Shown: positions 35,576-45,622 of the stretch, piece by piece
Layout of the letters: each line of letters opens with the position of its first letter
Position numbering within the stretch: position 1 is the first letter of the stretch
Assembly: GCA_030055575.1 (NCBI GenBank)
Contig: JASFYL010000004.1
Location: 1-46,456 of the forward strand
DNA length: 46,456 nucleotides
DNA from: Thermoproteota archaeon
Lineage (GTDB): Archaea; Thermoproteota; Methanomethylicia; Methanomethylicales; Methanomethylicaceae
Direction: 5' to 3'
Position numbers and translations under genes: made by a program
Notes under the pieces: generated by a model
The model's database searches: none
The model's input: the letters and a program-made list of their open reading frames with translations, nothing else
What the model was told of the DNA's origin: nothing

Positions 35576-38500
35576 GTTTCCATGGCTCAAGAAGGTGCTT
35601 ATCCTCGGTAGCGGGGCGATCAAGATAGGAGAGGCTGCGGAGTTCGACTACTCCGGAAGCCAGTGTATAAAGGCGCTACGTGAGGAGGGGATAGAGACCG
35701 TTCTTGTGAACCCGAACATAGCGACCATCCAGACCGACCCGAGGCTCGCAGGCAAGGTCTACCTCCTCCCCGTCACACCAAAGTACGTCGAGATGGTGAT
35801 AGAGAGGGAGAGACCAGACGGGATACTCCTCGGGTTCGGCGGTCAGACTGCACTCAACTGCGGGGTCCAGCTGGCGAGGAGGGGAATCTTGGACAAGTAC
35901 GGCGTCAAGGTTCTAGGCACTTCCATAGACTCGATAGAGACGACCGGAGACAGGGAGAGGTTCAAGCAGACGATGGTGAACGCAGGGATCAATGTCCCTA
36001 GGAGCGGCTCCGCAAACTCGATATCGAAGGCGATAGAGCTCGCGAAGGAGATCGGTTACCCGGTCATAGTAAGGGTCGCTTACACGCTCGGCGGAAAGGG
36101 GTCAGGGGTGGCCTACGACGAGAAGGACCTTGTCGAGATAGCGGAGCGGGGCCTCGCCCAGAGCATGATAAAGCAGATCCTGGTCGAGGAGTACCTCAAC
36201 CATTGGAAGGAGGTCGAGTATGAGGTCGTAAGGGACTACGAGGACAACTGCATCACAGTATGCAACATGGAGAACCTCGACCCGCTGGGAGTCCACACCG
36301 GGGACTCTATCGTCGTCGCGCCGTCCCAGACGCTGACTAACTATGAATACCACATGCTCAGGAGCGCTTCAATAAGGGCAATACGCGCGCTAGGCATCAT
36401 AGGTGAGTGCAACATCCAGTGGGCACTCGACCCGAAGAGCAACGACTTCAGGGTTATTGAGGTGAACTCGAGGCTCTCGAGGAGCTCCGCGCTAGCCAGC
36501 AAGGCGACGGGTTACCCGCTAGCCTACGTCGCAGCAAAGCTGGCAATCGGTTATAGCCTAACCGAGCTTACGAACAGGGTCACCGGGGTGACCACCGCAT
36601 GCTTCGAGCCTGCGCTCGACTATGTCATCGTCAAGTACCCGAGGTGGGACTTCCAGAAGTTCAGGAACGTCGACCCGCACCTAGGACCGCAGATGAAGTC
36701 GGTCGGGGAGGTCATGGCGATCGGCAGGTGCTTCGAGGAGGCGCTCCAGAAAGCGATCAGGATGCTCGACATCGGGAAGAGGGGGGCGGTCTGCAACCCG
36801 GACGAGCCCGAGGGGGACCTCGAGGCGGAGCTAGCGCGCCCGACCGACAAGAGGCTCTTCTACGTCGTCAAGGCACTCAGGACAGGGATGCCCGTTGAGA
36901 GGGTTTACGAGCTCTCGGGGATAGACCCGTGGTTCCTGAAGAAGATCAAGAGGATGATCGATATAGAGACCGAGCTCAGGGGCGCGAGGCTTGAGGAGGG
37001 CGCTGTAGAGCTGGTGAGGGAGGCTAAGAGGCTAGGGTTCTCGGACCTTCAGATCGCCGTTTGTACAGGGGCGTCGGAGGACGAGGTGAGGGAGTTCAGG
37101 AGGTGCCACGGCATAGTCCCGGTCGTGAAGCAGATCGACACGATGGCAGCGGAATGGCCCGCAAGGACAAACTACCTCTACGTGACGTACGGGGGCGACG
37201 AGGACGACATCGACTTCGGGAGGAGGCGGAAGGCGATGGTCCTTGGCGCCGGCGTGTTCAGGATAGGGACGAGCGTGGAGTTTGACTGGTGCGGCGTAAA
37301 CACCGCTTGGGGGCTTAAGAAGGAAGGGTTCGAGGAGACGATAATAGTGAACAACAACCCGGAGACGGTCTCCACGGACTACGACGTCCCTGACAAGCTC
37401 TACTTCGAGGAGCTCACGTTCGAGAGGATAATGGATATCGAGGAGAAGGAGAGGGTCGAAGGTGTTGTGCTCAGCGTGGGGGGGCAGATACCGAACAACC
37501 TCGCGGTGAGGCTCTCCAATGCGGGGATGAGGATCCTCGGGAGCTCCGCGGAGAGTATAGACCTCGCTGAGGATCGGTCCAAGTTCAGCGACCTGCTCGT
37601 TAGGCTAGGGATACCCCAGCCCAGGTGGAAAGCACTGACGAGCATGGAGGAGGCGAAGGCGTTCGCCAAGGAGATCGGGTTCCCCGTGATCGTTAGGCCG
37701 AGCTACGTCCTCTCGGGCGCGGGAATGCGAGTTGTGTACAACGAGGAGGCTCTCGACGGACTGAGGTCGGCAATAGCGCTCTCGAAGGAGCACCCCATGG
37801 TGATGTCCAAGTTCCTCCAGTCTGCCAGGGAGGTCGACGTAGACGGGGTTGCGGACGGGGAGGAGGTCTACATAGGCGCCGTACTCGAGCACCTCGAGTC
37901 GGCAGGGATACACAGTGGCGACGCGATAATGTGCATACCTCCCAGGACCCTGAGCGAGGAGGTGGTCAGGAAGGTAAGGGACTACACGGAGAGGATAGCA
38001 CGGGGGCTCGGGATAAGGGGGCCGTTCAACGTTCAGTACATAGTCAAGGAGGAGGAAGTCTACGTAATCGAGTGCAACCTAAGGGCTTCCAGGACTTTCC
38101 CGTTCGTGAGTAAGACCATAGGGGTCAACCTGATGGACATCGCCTGCGCGGTCATGGCGGGGAAGAGGATACGAGACCTCGGTTTGTCCCCACCTGGGGA
38201 GCTGCCACACTCCGGGGTCAAGGTCCCGGTCTTCAGCTTCATGCGCCTCACAGGCGCGGACACGCTCTTGGGGGTCGAGATGCTGAGCACCGGGGAGGTC
38301 GCGTGCATCGGGGAGAACTTCACGGACGCGCTGATGAAGTCCCTCGAGGCAGCCGAGATCAGGATACCTGACGCCGGTTCCTCGGTGCTGGTCACGGTCG
38401 GGAACGGCGGGAAGAAGACCGTGATAATACCTTTCATATGGGTTCTGAAAAAGGAGGGCTTCAAGATCTACGCCACCGAGAAGACCTCGAGGGCGCTCGA

Positions 38501-38810
38501 GGAAGCCAAGCTCAAGGACATCGTCACGCTCCACAAGATCAGGGAGGTAGACAAGAAGCCGAACATATCCGAGGAAATAGCATCAGGGAACATCGACCTG
38601 GTGATAAACATCCCCGTGGAGGAGTCTAAGGAGGAGATGGAGGACGAGTACCTGATAAGGAGGATGGCAGTCGAGTTCAACGTGCCGGTCATGACAACGC
38701 TCGAGCTGGTCTCGGCGCTCGTGGGCGTGATAAAGTACAGGCACGCGAACCCGCTGACGATAAAATCGCTCAACGAATACATGGACGCGCTACCATGGAG
38801 GAGCTGGTAA
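35568..38810 (+). CDS. carB: Carbamoyl-phosphate synthase large subunit
   Basis: LGSGAIKIGEAAEFDYSG, HTGDSIVVAPSQTL, duplicated ATP-grasp halves (RPSYVLSG, HSGDA), C-terminal MGS-like domain. Confidence 0.98.
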   Translation: MPKFPWLKKVLILGSGAIKIGEAAEFDYSGSQCIKALREEGIETVLVNPNIATIQTDPRLAGKVYLLPVTPKYVEMVIERERPDGILLGFGGQTALNCGVQLARRGILDKYGVKVLGTSIDSIETTGDRERFKQTMVNAGINVPRSGSANSISKAIELAKEIGYPVIVRVAYTLGGKGSGVAYDEKDLVEIAERGLAQSMIKQILVEEYLNHWKEVEYEVVRDYEDNCITVCNMENLDPLGVHTGDSIVVAPSQTLTNYEYHMLRSASIRAIRALGIIGECNIQWALDPKSNDFRVIEVNSRLSRSSALASKATGYPLAYVAAKLAIGYSLTELTNRVTGVTTACFEPALDYVIVKYPRWDFQKFRNVDPHLGPQMKSVGEVMAIGRCFEEALQKAIRMLDIGKRGAVCNPDEPEGDLEAELARPTDKRLFYVVKALRTGMPVERVYELSGIDPWFLKKIKRMIDIETELRGARLEEGAVELVREAKRLGFSDLQIAVCTGASEDEVREFRRCHGIVPVVKQIDTMAAEWPARTNYLYVTYGGDEDDIDFGRRRKAMVLGAGVFRIGTSVEFDWCGVNTAWGLKKEGFEETIIVNNNPETVSTDYDVPDKLYFEELTFERIMDIEEKERVEGVVLSVGGQIPNNLAVRLSNAGMRILGSSAESIDLAEDRSKFSDLLVRLGIPQPRWKALTSMEEAKAFAKEIGFPVIVRPSYVLSGAGMRVVYNEEALDGLRSAIALSKEHPMVMSKFLQSAREVDVDGVADGEEVYIGAVLEHLESAGIHSGDAIMCIPPRTLSEEVVRKVRDYTERIARGLGIRGPFNVQYIVKEEEVYVIECNLRASRTFPFVSKTIGVNLMDIACAVMAGKRIRDLGLSPPGELPHSGVKVPVFSFMRLTGADTLLGVEMLSTGEVACIGENFTDALMKSLEAAEIRIPDAGSSVLVTVGNGGKKTVIIPFIWVLKKEGFKIYATEKTSRALEEAKLKDIVTLHKIREVDKKPNISEEIASGNIDLVINIPVEESKEEMEDEYLIRRMAVEFNVPVMTTLELVSALVGVIKYRHANPLTIKSLNEYMDALPWRSW

Positions 38811-38958
38811 GCCGCAGGCAGTGTTCGATCACACCTGTTGCTACATACCTCTGAACCGTCATCAATTGCTACACTACTCCATTGCCAGGTAAAGGTGTTT
38901 TTATACTTGGACGGAATATCCTTCCATAACATAGCTTTTCTTTCGGAGGGCAATCTGG

Positions 38959-39627
38959 ATGCATGTAAGGGGGACCGGGGAGGGGGGCGTGACTGTTAAG
39001 ACTGCAGCCCTCTTTTCTGGGAAGGATTCTCTCTACGCGGCCTACCTGGCTGAGGGTCTTGGTTTAGAAGTAAATGACTTGATAACCATGATCACCACGC
39101 TCGGCGAACCGTCCCCGCACTTAGAGAACATCGAGGCTATGAAGAAGGCTGCAGAGAGGATGCGGAAGAGGCTCAGGATCGTCGACCTCCGTGGAGGAGA
39201 AGGGGAACTGTTGGGAGCGCTGAGGATCACTGGTGCCTCTGGGCTCGTGGCAGGCGATGTCTTCGTCGAGGACCACATCAAGTGGCTCGAGGGGATCTGC
39301 AGGAGAGCTGGCATAGGGCTCGTTGAGCCGCTCTACAGGAGGGGCACGCTCGAACTCCTCAAAGAGATGCTCAGAGCCGGGTTTGTCGTCAAGATAATCG
39401 GGGTGGACACGAGGCTGCTCGGGGAGGATTGGCTTGGGTTCACGCTCTCAGAGGATACCCTTGACGAGTTTCTTGCAGGCATAGGTAAGGCAGATCCCCT
39501 CGGGGAGAATGGAGAGTACCATACGCTGGTCCTCGACTGCCCCCTCTATACGAGGCGTCTTGATGTGCGCTCCTCTTGGGAGGTCGTAGCTGGACCGTTG
39601 AAGTGCCTCAGGGTAGAAGTCTCCTGA
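38959..39627 (+). CDS. Diphthine-ammonia ligase (Dph6)-like PP-loop ATPase
   Basis: ALFSGKDS, VAGDV, VEPL, WLG, DPLGENGEYHTLVLDCPLY; start may be GTG about 30 nt downstream. Confidence 0.8.
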   Translation: MHVRGTGEGGVTVKTAALFSGKDSLYAAYLAEGLGLEVNDLITMITTLGEPSPHLENIEAMKKAAERMRKRLRIVDLRGGEGELLGALRITGASGLVAGDVFVEDHIKWLEGICRRAGIGLVEPLYRRGTLELLKEMLRAGFVVKIIGVDTRLLGEDWLGFTLSEDTLDEFLAGIGKADPLGENGEYHTLVLDCPLYTRRLDVRSSWEVVAGPLKCLRVEVS

Positions 39628-39910
39628 CACGAGTCGAACCACTGGTCAAGTGCGGAAGGAGACTTAGACCATCCCCCAGAGATTACACTTGAGGGCGCCC
39701 CCACGGGTTGGTAGGAACGAGATTCCAAGCAACCATGCGGTCGAGCATTAGGGCAGCCTGATCCTGAAGCAACACTTCGTACAATTTTTGTGAGCACTGC
39801 CACTCGACTTGCAGCAAGACAAGAGTGGGTCGTGTCTCGCACTCTCCCCCCACTATCCAGCGATTTATGGGATCCTCGTACCTCCTGCTGGGGTTAAAAG
39901 GGCTTGCCCA

Positions 39911-40143
39911 CAAAGTTTAATACCCTTGTCGATAATGCTAATTCTACCAAACGGTGGTTAAAGTGAGCCAATTCCAATATCTATAACTGGACCGGCTTCT
40001 GTTGCCTTTTGTACTAGCCGGTCCGAGCTGAAGGGCTTAGAAATCCGAAAAAGGAGAAATTATAGAATTAGGGGAAAACGGAGCCGTTCGGCAATTCGAG
40101 GCGCCAAAAGCCGAATCTCGGCTGCTGAGGGGGGACGACGGAT
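39911..40143 (+). promoter_or_regulatory. Promoter and structured 5' leader of the aromatic biosynthesis operon
   Basis: CAAAG-TTTAATA (BRE/TATA-like) at 39911-22; hairpins GGACCGGCT/AGCCGGTCC (39989-40024) and AGCCG-TTCGGC/GCCGAA-CGGCT (40082-40123). Confidence 0.5.
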
Positions 40144-41001
40144 ATGAGCTCCGCAGTCGAGTTGGCAGACCTGAGGCACGCGACCGATGTCCAGAAGCTC
40201 AAGGAGAGGATAAGGGAGATCCGAAGGTCTATCCTTGAGATGACGTCAATACGCGGGTTGCACCTCGGCTCATCGCTCTCATGCCTGGAGATAATCGCGA
40301 CGCTCTACTTCCTGAAGATGCGGCACAGCCCACACAGACCCCGGTGGAAGGACCGCGACAGGTTCATACTGAGCAAGGGGCATGCCGCGCCCGCGCTCTA
40401 CGCGGTATTGGCAGAGGCAGGCTACTTCCCGAAGGAGGAGCTCAGGACGCTCAAGTCGATAGGGTCGCGACTGCAGGGCCACCCTGACCTACGCACTCCG
40501 GGGGTAGACGCGCCTTCGGGATCCCTGGGACAGGGTCTCTCGATCGGCATAGGGATGGCACTCGCAGCGAGGATGCGCGGCAGCAGGAGCAGGGTATACG
40601 TGCTCGCGGGCGACGGGGAGTGCGACGAGGGTCAGGTCTGGGAGGCCATGATGACCGCCGCCCACCTCAGGCTGGGGAACCTGGTCCTGATAATAGACAG
40701 GAACGGGTGGCAATTGGACGACAGGACGGAGGAGGTTAAGCGGAAGGTCCCTCTCAGGGGCAAGCTCGAGAGCTTCGGCTGGGTGACTTATTCCATCAAC
40801 GGGCACGACATCGAGAAGATCATAGAGGTCCTTGACTCGGCTGAGAAGTCAGAGCTCCCGGTGGCGATCATCGCGCACACGAAGAAGGGGAACGGCGTCT
40901 CGTTCCTCGAGGGCACAAATAAGGGGCACAAGCTGAAGCTCAGCGAGGAGGAGTACCTCGCGGCGCTGAAGGAGCTGGAGGCGAAGCCAGTTTGCGAGTA
41001 G
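40144..41001 (+). CDS. Transketolase, N-terminal TPP-binding subunit
   Basis: HLGSSLS, RDRFILSKGHAAPALY, LQGHP, SGSLGQG, GDGECDEG...RN TPP motif. Confidence 0.95.
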   Translation: MSSAVELADLRHATDVQKLKERIREIRRSILEMTSIRGLHLGSSLSCLEIIATLYFLKMRHSPHRPRWKDRDRFILSKGHAAPALYAVLAEAGYFPKEELRTLKSIGSRLQGHPDLRTPGVDAPSGSLGQGLSIGIGMALAARMRGSRSRVYVLAGDGECDEGQVWEAMMTAAHLRLGNLVLIIDRNGWQLDDRTEEVKRKVPLRGKLESFGWVTYSINGHDIEKIIEVLDSAEKSELPVAIIAHTKKGNGVSFLEGTNKGHKLKLSEEEYLAALKELEAKPVCE

Positions 41002-41900
41002 CCTTTGGAGAGGCGATTCTGAGGCTAGGCGAGGAGGCAGAGGACATGGTGGTCCTTACCGCCGACGTTGCCAAGCCAACGCAGGTGGCAGCCTTCGGGG
41101 AGCGGTACCCCCACCGGTTCCTGAACGTCGGCATCAGCGAGCAGGACATGGTGGACATTGCGGCTGGCCTCGCTCTCAGCGAGAAGATCCCGGTGGCGGT
41201 AGCATTTGCGCCCTTCATGATGAGGGCATGGGAGCAGGTCAGGAGCACGATCTCGAGGTGTAACCTGAACGTGAAGCTCGTCGGGACGCACTCAGGTCTC
41301 TCTGCATCCGACGAGGGCAGCTCCCACCAGTCGCTAGAGGACGTGGCACTCGCCCGCGTGTTGCCCAACATGACAGTGATCGTCCCAGGGGACCGAGAGG
41401 AGGTGAAGGAGGCTACTGAGGCGGCGGTGAAGAGCCCAGGACCTGTTTACATGAGGATAGGCAGGGACGAGGATGTAAAGTTCCTCGACGAACCTTTCAG
41501 GATAGGCAGGGCAGTTGTCCTCAGGGACGGGAGCGACGTCGCAGTGATCTCCAACGGCGCCATCACAGCGGAGGCGCTCGCGGCGGCCGAGGGGGCACGG
41601 GTGGACGCGATGGTGATCCACGTGCCAACTGTGAAGCCGCTCGACGCCCAGGCGGTTGTCTCAGCGGCGAGGAAGACAGGCGCAGTCGTGTGCGTCGAGG
41701 AGCACAGCACCATAGGCGGACTCGGAAGCGCCGTGTCCGAGCTACTCTCGTCCGAGTACCCAGTCCGGGTCAGGAGGATGGGCGTCAACGACACGTTCGG
41801 GGAGTCCGGAACCTACAGGGAGCTGCTGGAGAAGCACGGGCTTAGCGCGCCGCACATAAGGAGGAGGATGGAGGAGGCTGCCGAGAAGAGGGATAGATAA
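40992..41900 (+). CDS. Transketolase, C-terminal subunit
   Basis: NVGISEQ, RAWEQVR, GSSHQSLED, GPVYMR, VEEHSTIGGLG, FGESG. Confidence 0.95.
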   Translation: MRVAFGEAILRLGEEAEDMVVLTADVAKPTQVAAFGERYPHRFLNVGISEQDMVDIAAGLALSEKIPVAVAFAPFMMRAWEQVRSTISRCNLNVKLVGTHSGLSASDEGSSHQSLEDVALARVLPNMTVIVPGDREEVKEATEAAVKSPGPVYMRIGRDEDVKFLDEPFRIGRAVVLRDGSDVAVISNGAITAEALAAAEGARVDAMVIHVPTVKPLDAQAVVSAARKTGAVVCVEEHSTIGGLGSAVSELLSSEYPVRVRRMGVNDTFGESGTYRELLEKHGLSAPHIRRRMEEAAEKRDR

Positions 41901-41919
41901 GGGGGAGGGGGAAGACGGC

Positions 41920-42894
41920 TTGATCATCGTGCTAGAAGAGGAGTCCAAGGCGCTGGAGGAGGGCTTGGGCGGAAGGTACAGAAAGGTGAAGGTGGGCAGG
42001 CAGGTCGCCTACGTGGTGAGCAGGACTATTCCGAAGCACATCTCGGAGAGACTCTTCGGCGCAAGGATCGTCGAGACCTCGAAGGGCTACCAGCTCGCGA
42101 GCAGGGAGTTCAGTAGAGAGGGCTCGAAGGTCAGGATAGGGAAGGCGGAGTTCGGCGGCAGGGCGGTTCAGGTCTGCGCCGGACCCTGCGCGGTAGAGGG
42201 TAAGGAGCAGCTCTACGAGGCAGCGAGAGCAGTGAAGGAGGCGGGAGCAACGGTCCTCAGGGGTGGGGCATTCAAGCCAAGGACCTCCCCATACGCGTTC
42301 CAAGGGCTCGGGGAGGATGGGCTGAGGATGCTCCGCGAGGTTTCCGATGTCGTCGGGATACCCGTGCTCACCGAAGCAACCTCGCCGGAGCAGGTCCCCC
42401 TCGTCGCTGAGTACGCAGACGCCATCCAGATAGGGGCCCGGAACATGCAGAACTTTGAGCTCCTGAGGGCTGCGGGGAGGTCTGGGAAGGCGGTCGTGCT
42501 TAAGAGGGGGATATCGGCGACGATAGAGGAGTGGCTCTACGCGGCAGAGTACCTCCTGCTCGAGGGCAACTGGAACGTCATCCTATGCGAGAGGGGAATA
42601 AGGAGCTTCGACAGCTCCACCAGGAACGTCTTCGACCTAGCAGGCATGGCGCTGGTCAAGGGGCTCACGCACCTCCCCGTGATAGCAGACCCGAGCCACG
42701 CGACTGGGAGGAGGGAACTGGTCACCCCGGCGGCGAGGGCAGCCATTGCGGCTGGGGCAGACGGTCTCATCGTGGAGGTCCACCCCAGACCTGATGAGGC
42801 GCTTAGCGACGGCCCCCAGTCGCTCGACCCCCAGGGGTTCGCGATTATGATGGAGGAGGTATCGAGGATAGCCAAGGCTCTCGGAAGGGAATGA
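41920..42894 (+). CDS. aroF: 3-deoxy-7-phosphoheptulonate (DAHP) synthase, class I-beta
   Basis: AGPCAVE, RGGAFKPRTSPYAFQG, QIGARNMQN, LKRG, LCERGIR, DPSH, SDGPQSL. Confidence 0.96.
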   Translation: MIIVLEEESKALEEGLGGRYRKVKVGRQVAYVVSRTIPKHISERLFGARIVETSKGYQLASREFSREGSKVRIGKAEFGGRAVQVCAGPCAVEGKEQLYEAARAVKEAGATVLRGGAFKPRTSPYAFQGLGEDGLRMLREVSDVVGIPVLTEATSPEQVPLVAEYADAIQIGARNMQNFELLRAAGRSGKAVVLKRGISATIEEWLYAAEYLLLEGNWNVILCERGIRSFDSSTRNVFDLAGMALVKGLTHLPVIADPSHATGRRELVTPAARAAIAAGADGLIVEVHPRPDEALSDGPQSLDPQGFAIMMEEVSRIAKALGRE

Positions 42895-42897
42895 CCT

Positions 42898-43980
42898 TTG
42901 AGGGCGATCCGTGTCGAGCTGGGAAGCCGAAGCTACGAGGTGCGTGTCGGCGCAGGCATCCTGGGCGCTGTAGGAGAGTGGCTGAAGCCCATCGCTGGTC
43001 GCGGGACCCCCGTAGTGGTAACAGTGCCTCCCGTCGAGAGGCTATACCTGGCGCAGGTCGAGGAAGCGCTGGAGAGCTGTGGTCTGGATCCCCTAGTTGT
43101 GGTGGTAGAAGACGGGGAGGATGCCAAGACCCCATCAGCCTTCCTGGATGTGGTGGGCAGGATGCTCGAGGGAGGGGCTGGCAGGGACTCGACGGTGATC
43201 TCCCTCGGGGGGGGTTGCGTCGGCGACCTCTCCGGGTTCGTCGCATCGACATACATGCGCGGGGTTGGGCTCGTCCATATCCCCACCACTCTCCTGGCAC
43301 AGGTGGACAGCAGCATAGGAGGAAAGACTGCCCTGAACCACCCGAAGTCGAAGAACCTCATAGGGACTTTCCACCAGCCAAGGCTGGTGGTATCCGACGT
43401 TTCAACTTTGAAGACGCTTCCGAGAAAAGAGATCCGCTGTGGGCTCGCGGAGGTCGTCAAATACGGCGTTGTCCTGGATCGCCGGCTCTTCGAGTATGTC
43501 GAGAGCAGGGCAGAGGGCGTGTTAGCGCTCGAGGAACGCGACGCCGAGGAGGTGGTTGGCAGGTCCGTTGCGATCAAGGCAGGAATAGTCTCAGAGGACG
43601 AATCGGACATAGGCAGGAGGATGCTGCTTAACTTCGGGCACACGGTAGGCCACGCAATCGAGGCTGCCACCGGCTACAGGAAGTACAGTCATGGAGAAGC
43701 AGTCGCATTGGGAATGGTAGCAGAAAGTAAGATCGCCGAGAGGCTCGGGATGCTGAGGGGGGCGGAGCTCAGTCGAATCGAGGCACTCCTCTCAGAGCTC
43801 GGGCTCCCTACTGGAGGCGGAGGGGTGCCATTGGAAGCAGCGCTGGGGCTGATGCGCGGCGACAAGAAGGTCGAGGGAGGGGAGCTGAGGTTTGCCCTGC
43901 CCTGTGGGATCGGGTCAGGGAAGGTCGTCAGGGTGACCGATATGGGAGTGATCAAGGACGCCCTGTCTGAGGTGCTCTGA
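42898..43980 (+). CDS. aroB: 3-dehydroquinate synthase
   Basis: GGGCVGDLSGF, PTTLLAQVDSSIGGKT, KNLIGTFHQP, LNFGHTVGHAIE, HGEAV, DKK. Confidence 0.96.
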   Translation: MRAIRVELGSRSYEVRVGAGILGAVGEWLKPIAGRGTPVVVTVPPVERLYLAQVEEALESCGLDPLVVVVEDGEDAKTPSAFLDVVGRMLEGGAGRDSTVISLGGGCVGDLSGFVASTYMRGVGLVHIPTTLLAQVDSSIGGKTALNHPKSKNLIGTFHQPRLVVSDVSTLKTLPRKEIRCGLAEVVKYGVVLDRRLFEYVESRAEGVLALEERDAEEVVGRSVAIKAGIVSEDESDIGRRMLLNFGHTVGHAIEAATGYRKYSHGEAVALGMVAESKIAERLGMLRGAELSRIEALLSELGLPTGGGGVPLEAALGLMRGDKKVEGGELRFALPCGIGSGKVVRVTDMGVIKDALSEVL

Positions 43981-44694
43981 ATGTCGATGTTTGAGGACAG
44001 GAGAGGCGGGGGCGGCTACAGGTATAGGATCTGTGCGTCGGTGACCGGCACGAATGAGTCAGAGATGGCGAGGGCAGCCATCGAGGGGGAGGAGCTGGGG
44101 GCGGATCTTGTGGAGCTTAGGCTCGACACGCTTGAGGGCCTGGACGCAGAGAAGGTCAGGGAGGTGTTGAGGATGACCTCCTCCCTAGGGATCCCTAGGA
44201 TAGCGACCGTCATGCCTAGGTCACTCTTCGGCGGGTTCACAGGGGGACCGGCGGAAAGGGGGAGGCTGATCCTTGAGGCAGCCGACCAAGCCGAGTACGT
44301 CGATGTTGGAGCCGAGCTCGGAACCTTGTTGCCCGAGGTCCTTGGGAGGGCAACAAAGAAGGCGGAGGTTGTCCTCTCGTGGCACCCAGAGAGGGTGCTC
44401 ACCCTCGCCGAAGCCAAGAAGTTCGTCGAGGCTTGGCCGGGATGCAGCGTCTACAAGGTAGCGATGCCCGCAAAGAACGCTGAGGACAACATCCGGGCGC
44501 TGGAGCTCTCGCTCGCCCTAGGCGGCGTGAGGAGGATAGTATTCTGCCACGGGAGGGGGGGCAAGGCTTCCAGGATCCTATCCCCACTCTTCGGTGCCGA
44601 ATGGGTGTACGCGTCCCTACGGGCTGGTCGGGAAACTGCGCCGGGTCAGCTGGGAATAGCAGACCTGAGGAAGATCAGGGAGGCACTCGCTTGA
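43981..44694 (+). CDS. aroD: Type I 3-dehydroquinate dehydratase
   Basis: ADLVELRLD, VLSWH, YKVA (Schiff-base Lys), SRILSPLFG, TAPGQ. Confidence 0.9.
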   Translation: MSMFEDRRGGGGYRYRICASVTGTNESEMARAAIEGEELGADLVELRLDTLEGLDAEKVREVLRMTSSLGIPRIATVMPRSLFGGFTGGPAERGRLILEAADQAEYVDVGAELGTLLPEVLGRATKKAEVVLSWHPERVLTLAEAKKFVEAWPGCSVYKVAMPAKNAEDNIRALELSLALGGVRRIVFCHGRGGKASRILSPLFGAEWVYASLRAGRETAPGQLGIADLRKIREALA

Positions 44695-45536
44695 GCACCA
44701 GCAGGACGAGGCTATTCTGCATTATAGGGGACCCTGTAGAGCACTCGGTCAGCCCGGAGATCTTTACCAGGGCTTTCTCGGCCCGCGGCATGGATGCAGC
44801 ATACCTCGCGTTCAGGGTCCCTTCGGAGAGGCTTGGCGAGGCGATCATGGGGTTGAAGGCGATAGGGTTCGCGGGATGCAATGTAACCATCCCCCACAAG
44901 TTGCGCGTGATGGATCACCTGGACTGGATCGACGAGACCGCGAGGGTGGCTGGGGCGGTTAACGTGGTGAAAGCAGAGGGGGGGAGGCTAAGTGGCTACA
45001 ACACCGACATGAAAGGGGCACTCCTAGCGCTCGAAGGGGTGCAACTAAACGGCAAAAGGATCGCGATTGTCGGTTACGGCGGCGCTGCGAGATCAGTCGC
45101 CTTCGCGATATCCTCCTCGTACAGACCGAAGGAGGTGGTCATTACAGGGAGAAAGCTCGAGCCGGCGGAAAGCCTCGCGCGCTGTCTATCAAGGGTGATC
45201 GAGAGCAGGGCGGTTCCACTTGAGGATCTGGCAGAGTTAGAACCGGATGTGATCGTCAATGCGACGCCCCTCGGCATGTGCCCAGACATGGAGAGGGCGC
45301 CCGTGGATCCACGCGTGTTGCGCAATGGGATGACGGTATTCGACTTGGTCTACAACCCCATGGAAACTAAGCTACTGAAGCTTGCCCGGGGGGCGGGATG
45401 CAGGACGGTGGGCGGGATAGAGATGCTTGTGGGACAGGCTGCCGCGGCATTCGAGATCTGGACGGGCGAGCCCGCACCCGTCAGCGAGATGCGCGAGGCA
45501 GCAAAGGAGGCGCTTGGCGCAAAGAGAGCCAAGTAA
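44691..45536 (+). CDS. aroE: Shikimate dehydrogenase
   Basis: GDPVEHSVSP, NVTIPHK, GAVN, GYNTD, GYGGAAR, NATPLGM, DLVYNP; TTG start 44691 overlapping the aroD stop. Confidence 0.95.
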   Translation: MSTSRTRLFCIIGDPVEHSVSPEIFTRAFSARGMDAAYLAFRVPSERLGEAIMGLKAIGFAGCNVTIPHKLRVMDHLDWIDETARVAGAVNVVKAEGGRLSGYNTDMKGALLALEGVQLNGKRIAIVGYGGAARSVAFAISSSYRPKEVVITGRKLEPAESLARCLSRVIESRAVPLEDLAELEPDVIVNATPLGMCPDMERAPVDPRVLRNGMTVFDLVYNPMETKLLKLARGAGCRTVGGIEMLVGQAAAAFEIWTGEPAPVSEMREAAKEALGAKRAK

Positions 45537-45622
45537 GTGGATTGACTGGGCGGGAGATTGGCTGGATGGAGCTGGTGCCTGGAAGCGTGAAGATGCAGGA
45601 AAGGAAGGGGCAAGGGAGAGGG

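Noticed and set aside
39628-39910. Intergenic stretch that might hold an ncRNA or small ORFs
   Set aside because: No tRNA, C/D box pair or extended stem recognised, and the ORFs lack supporting features
42891-43631. 246-aa Arg/Gly-rich ORF overlapping aroB
   Set aside because: Off-frame read of the GC-rich aroB gene
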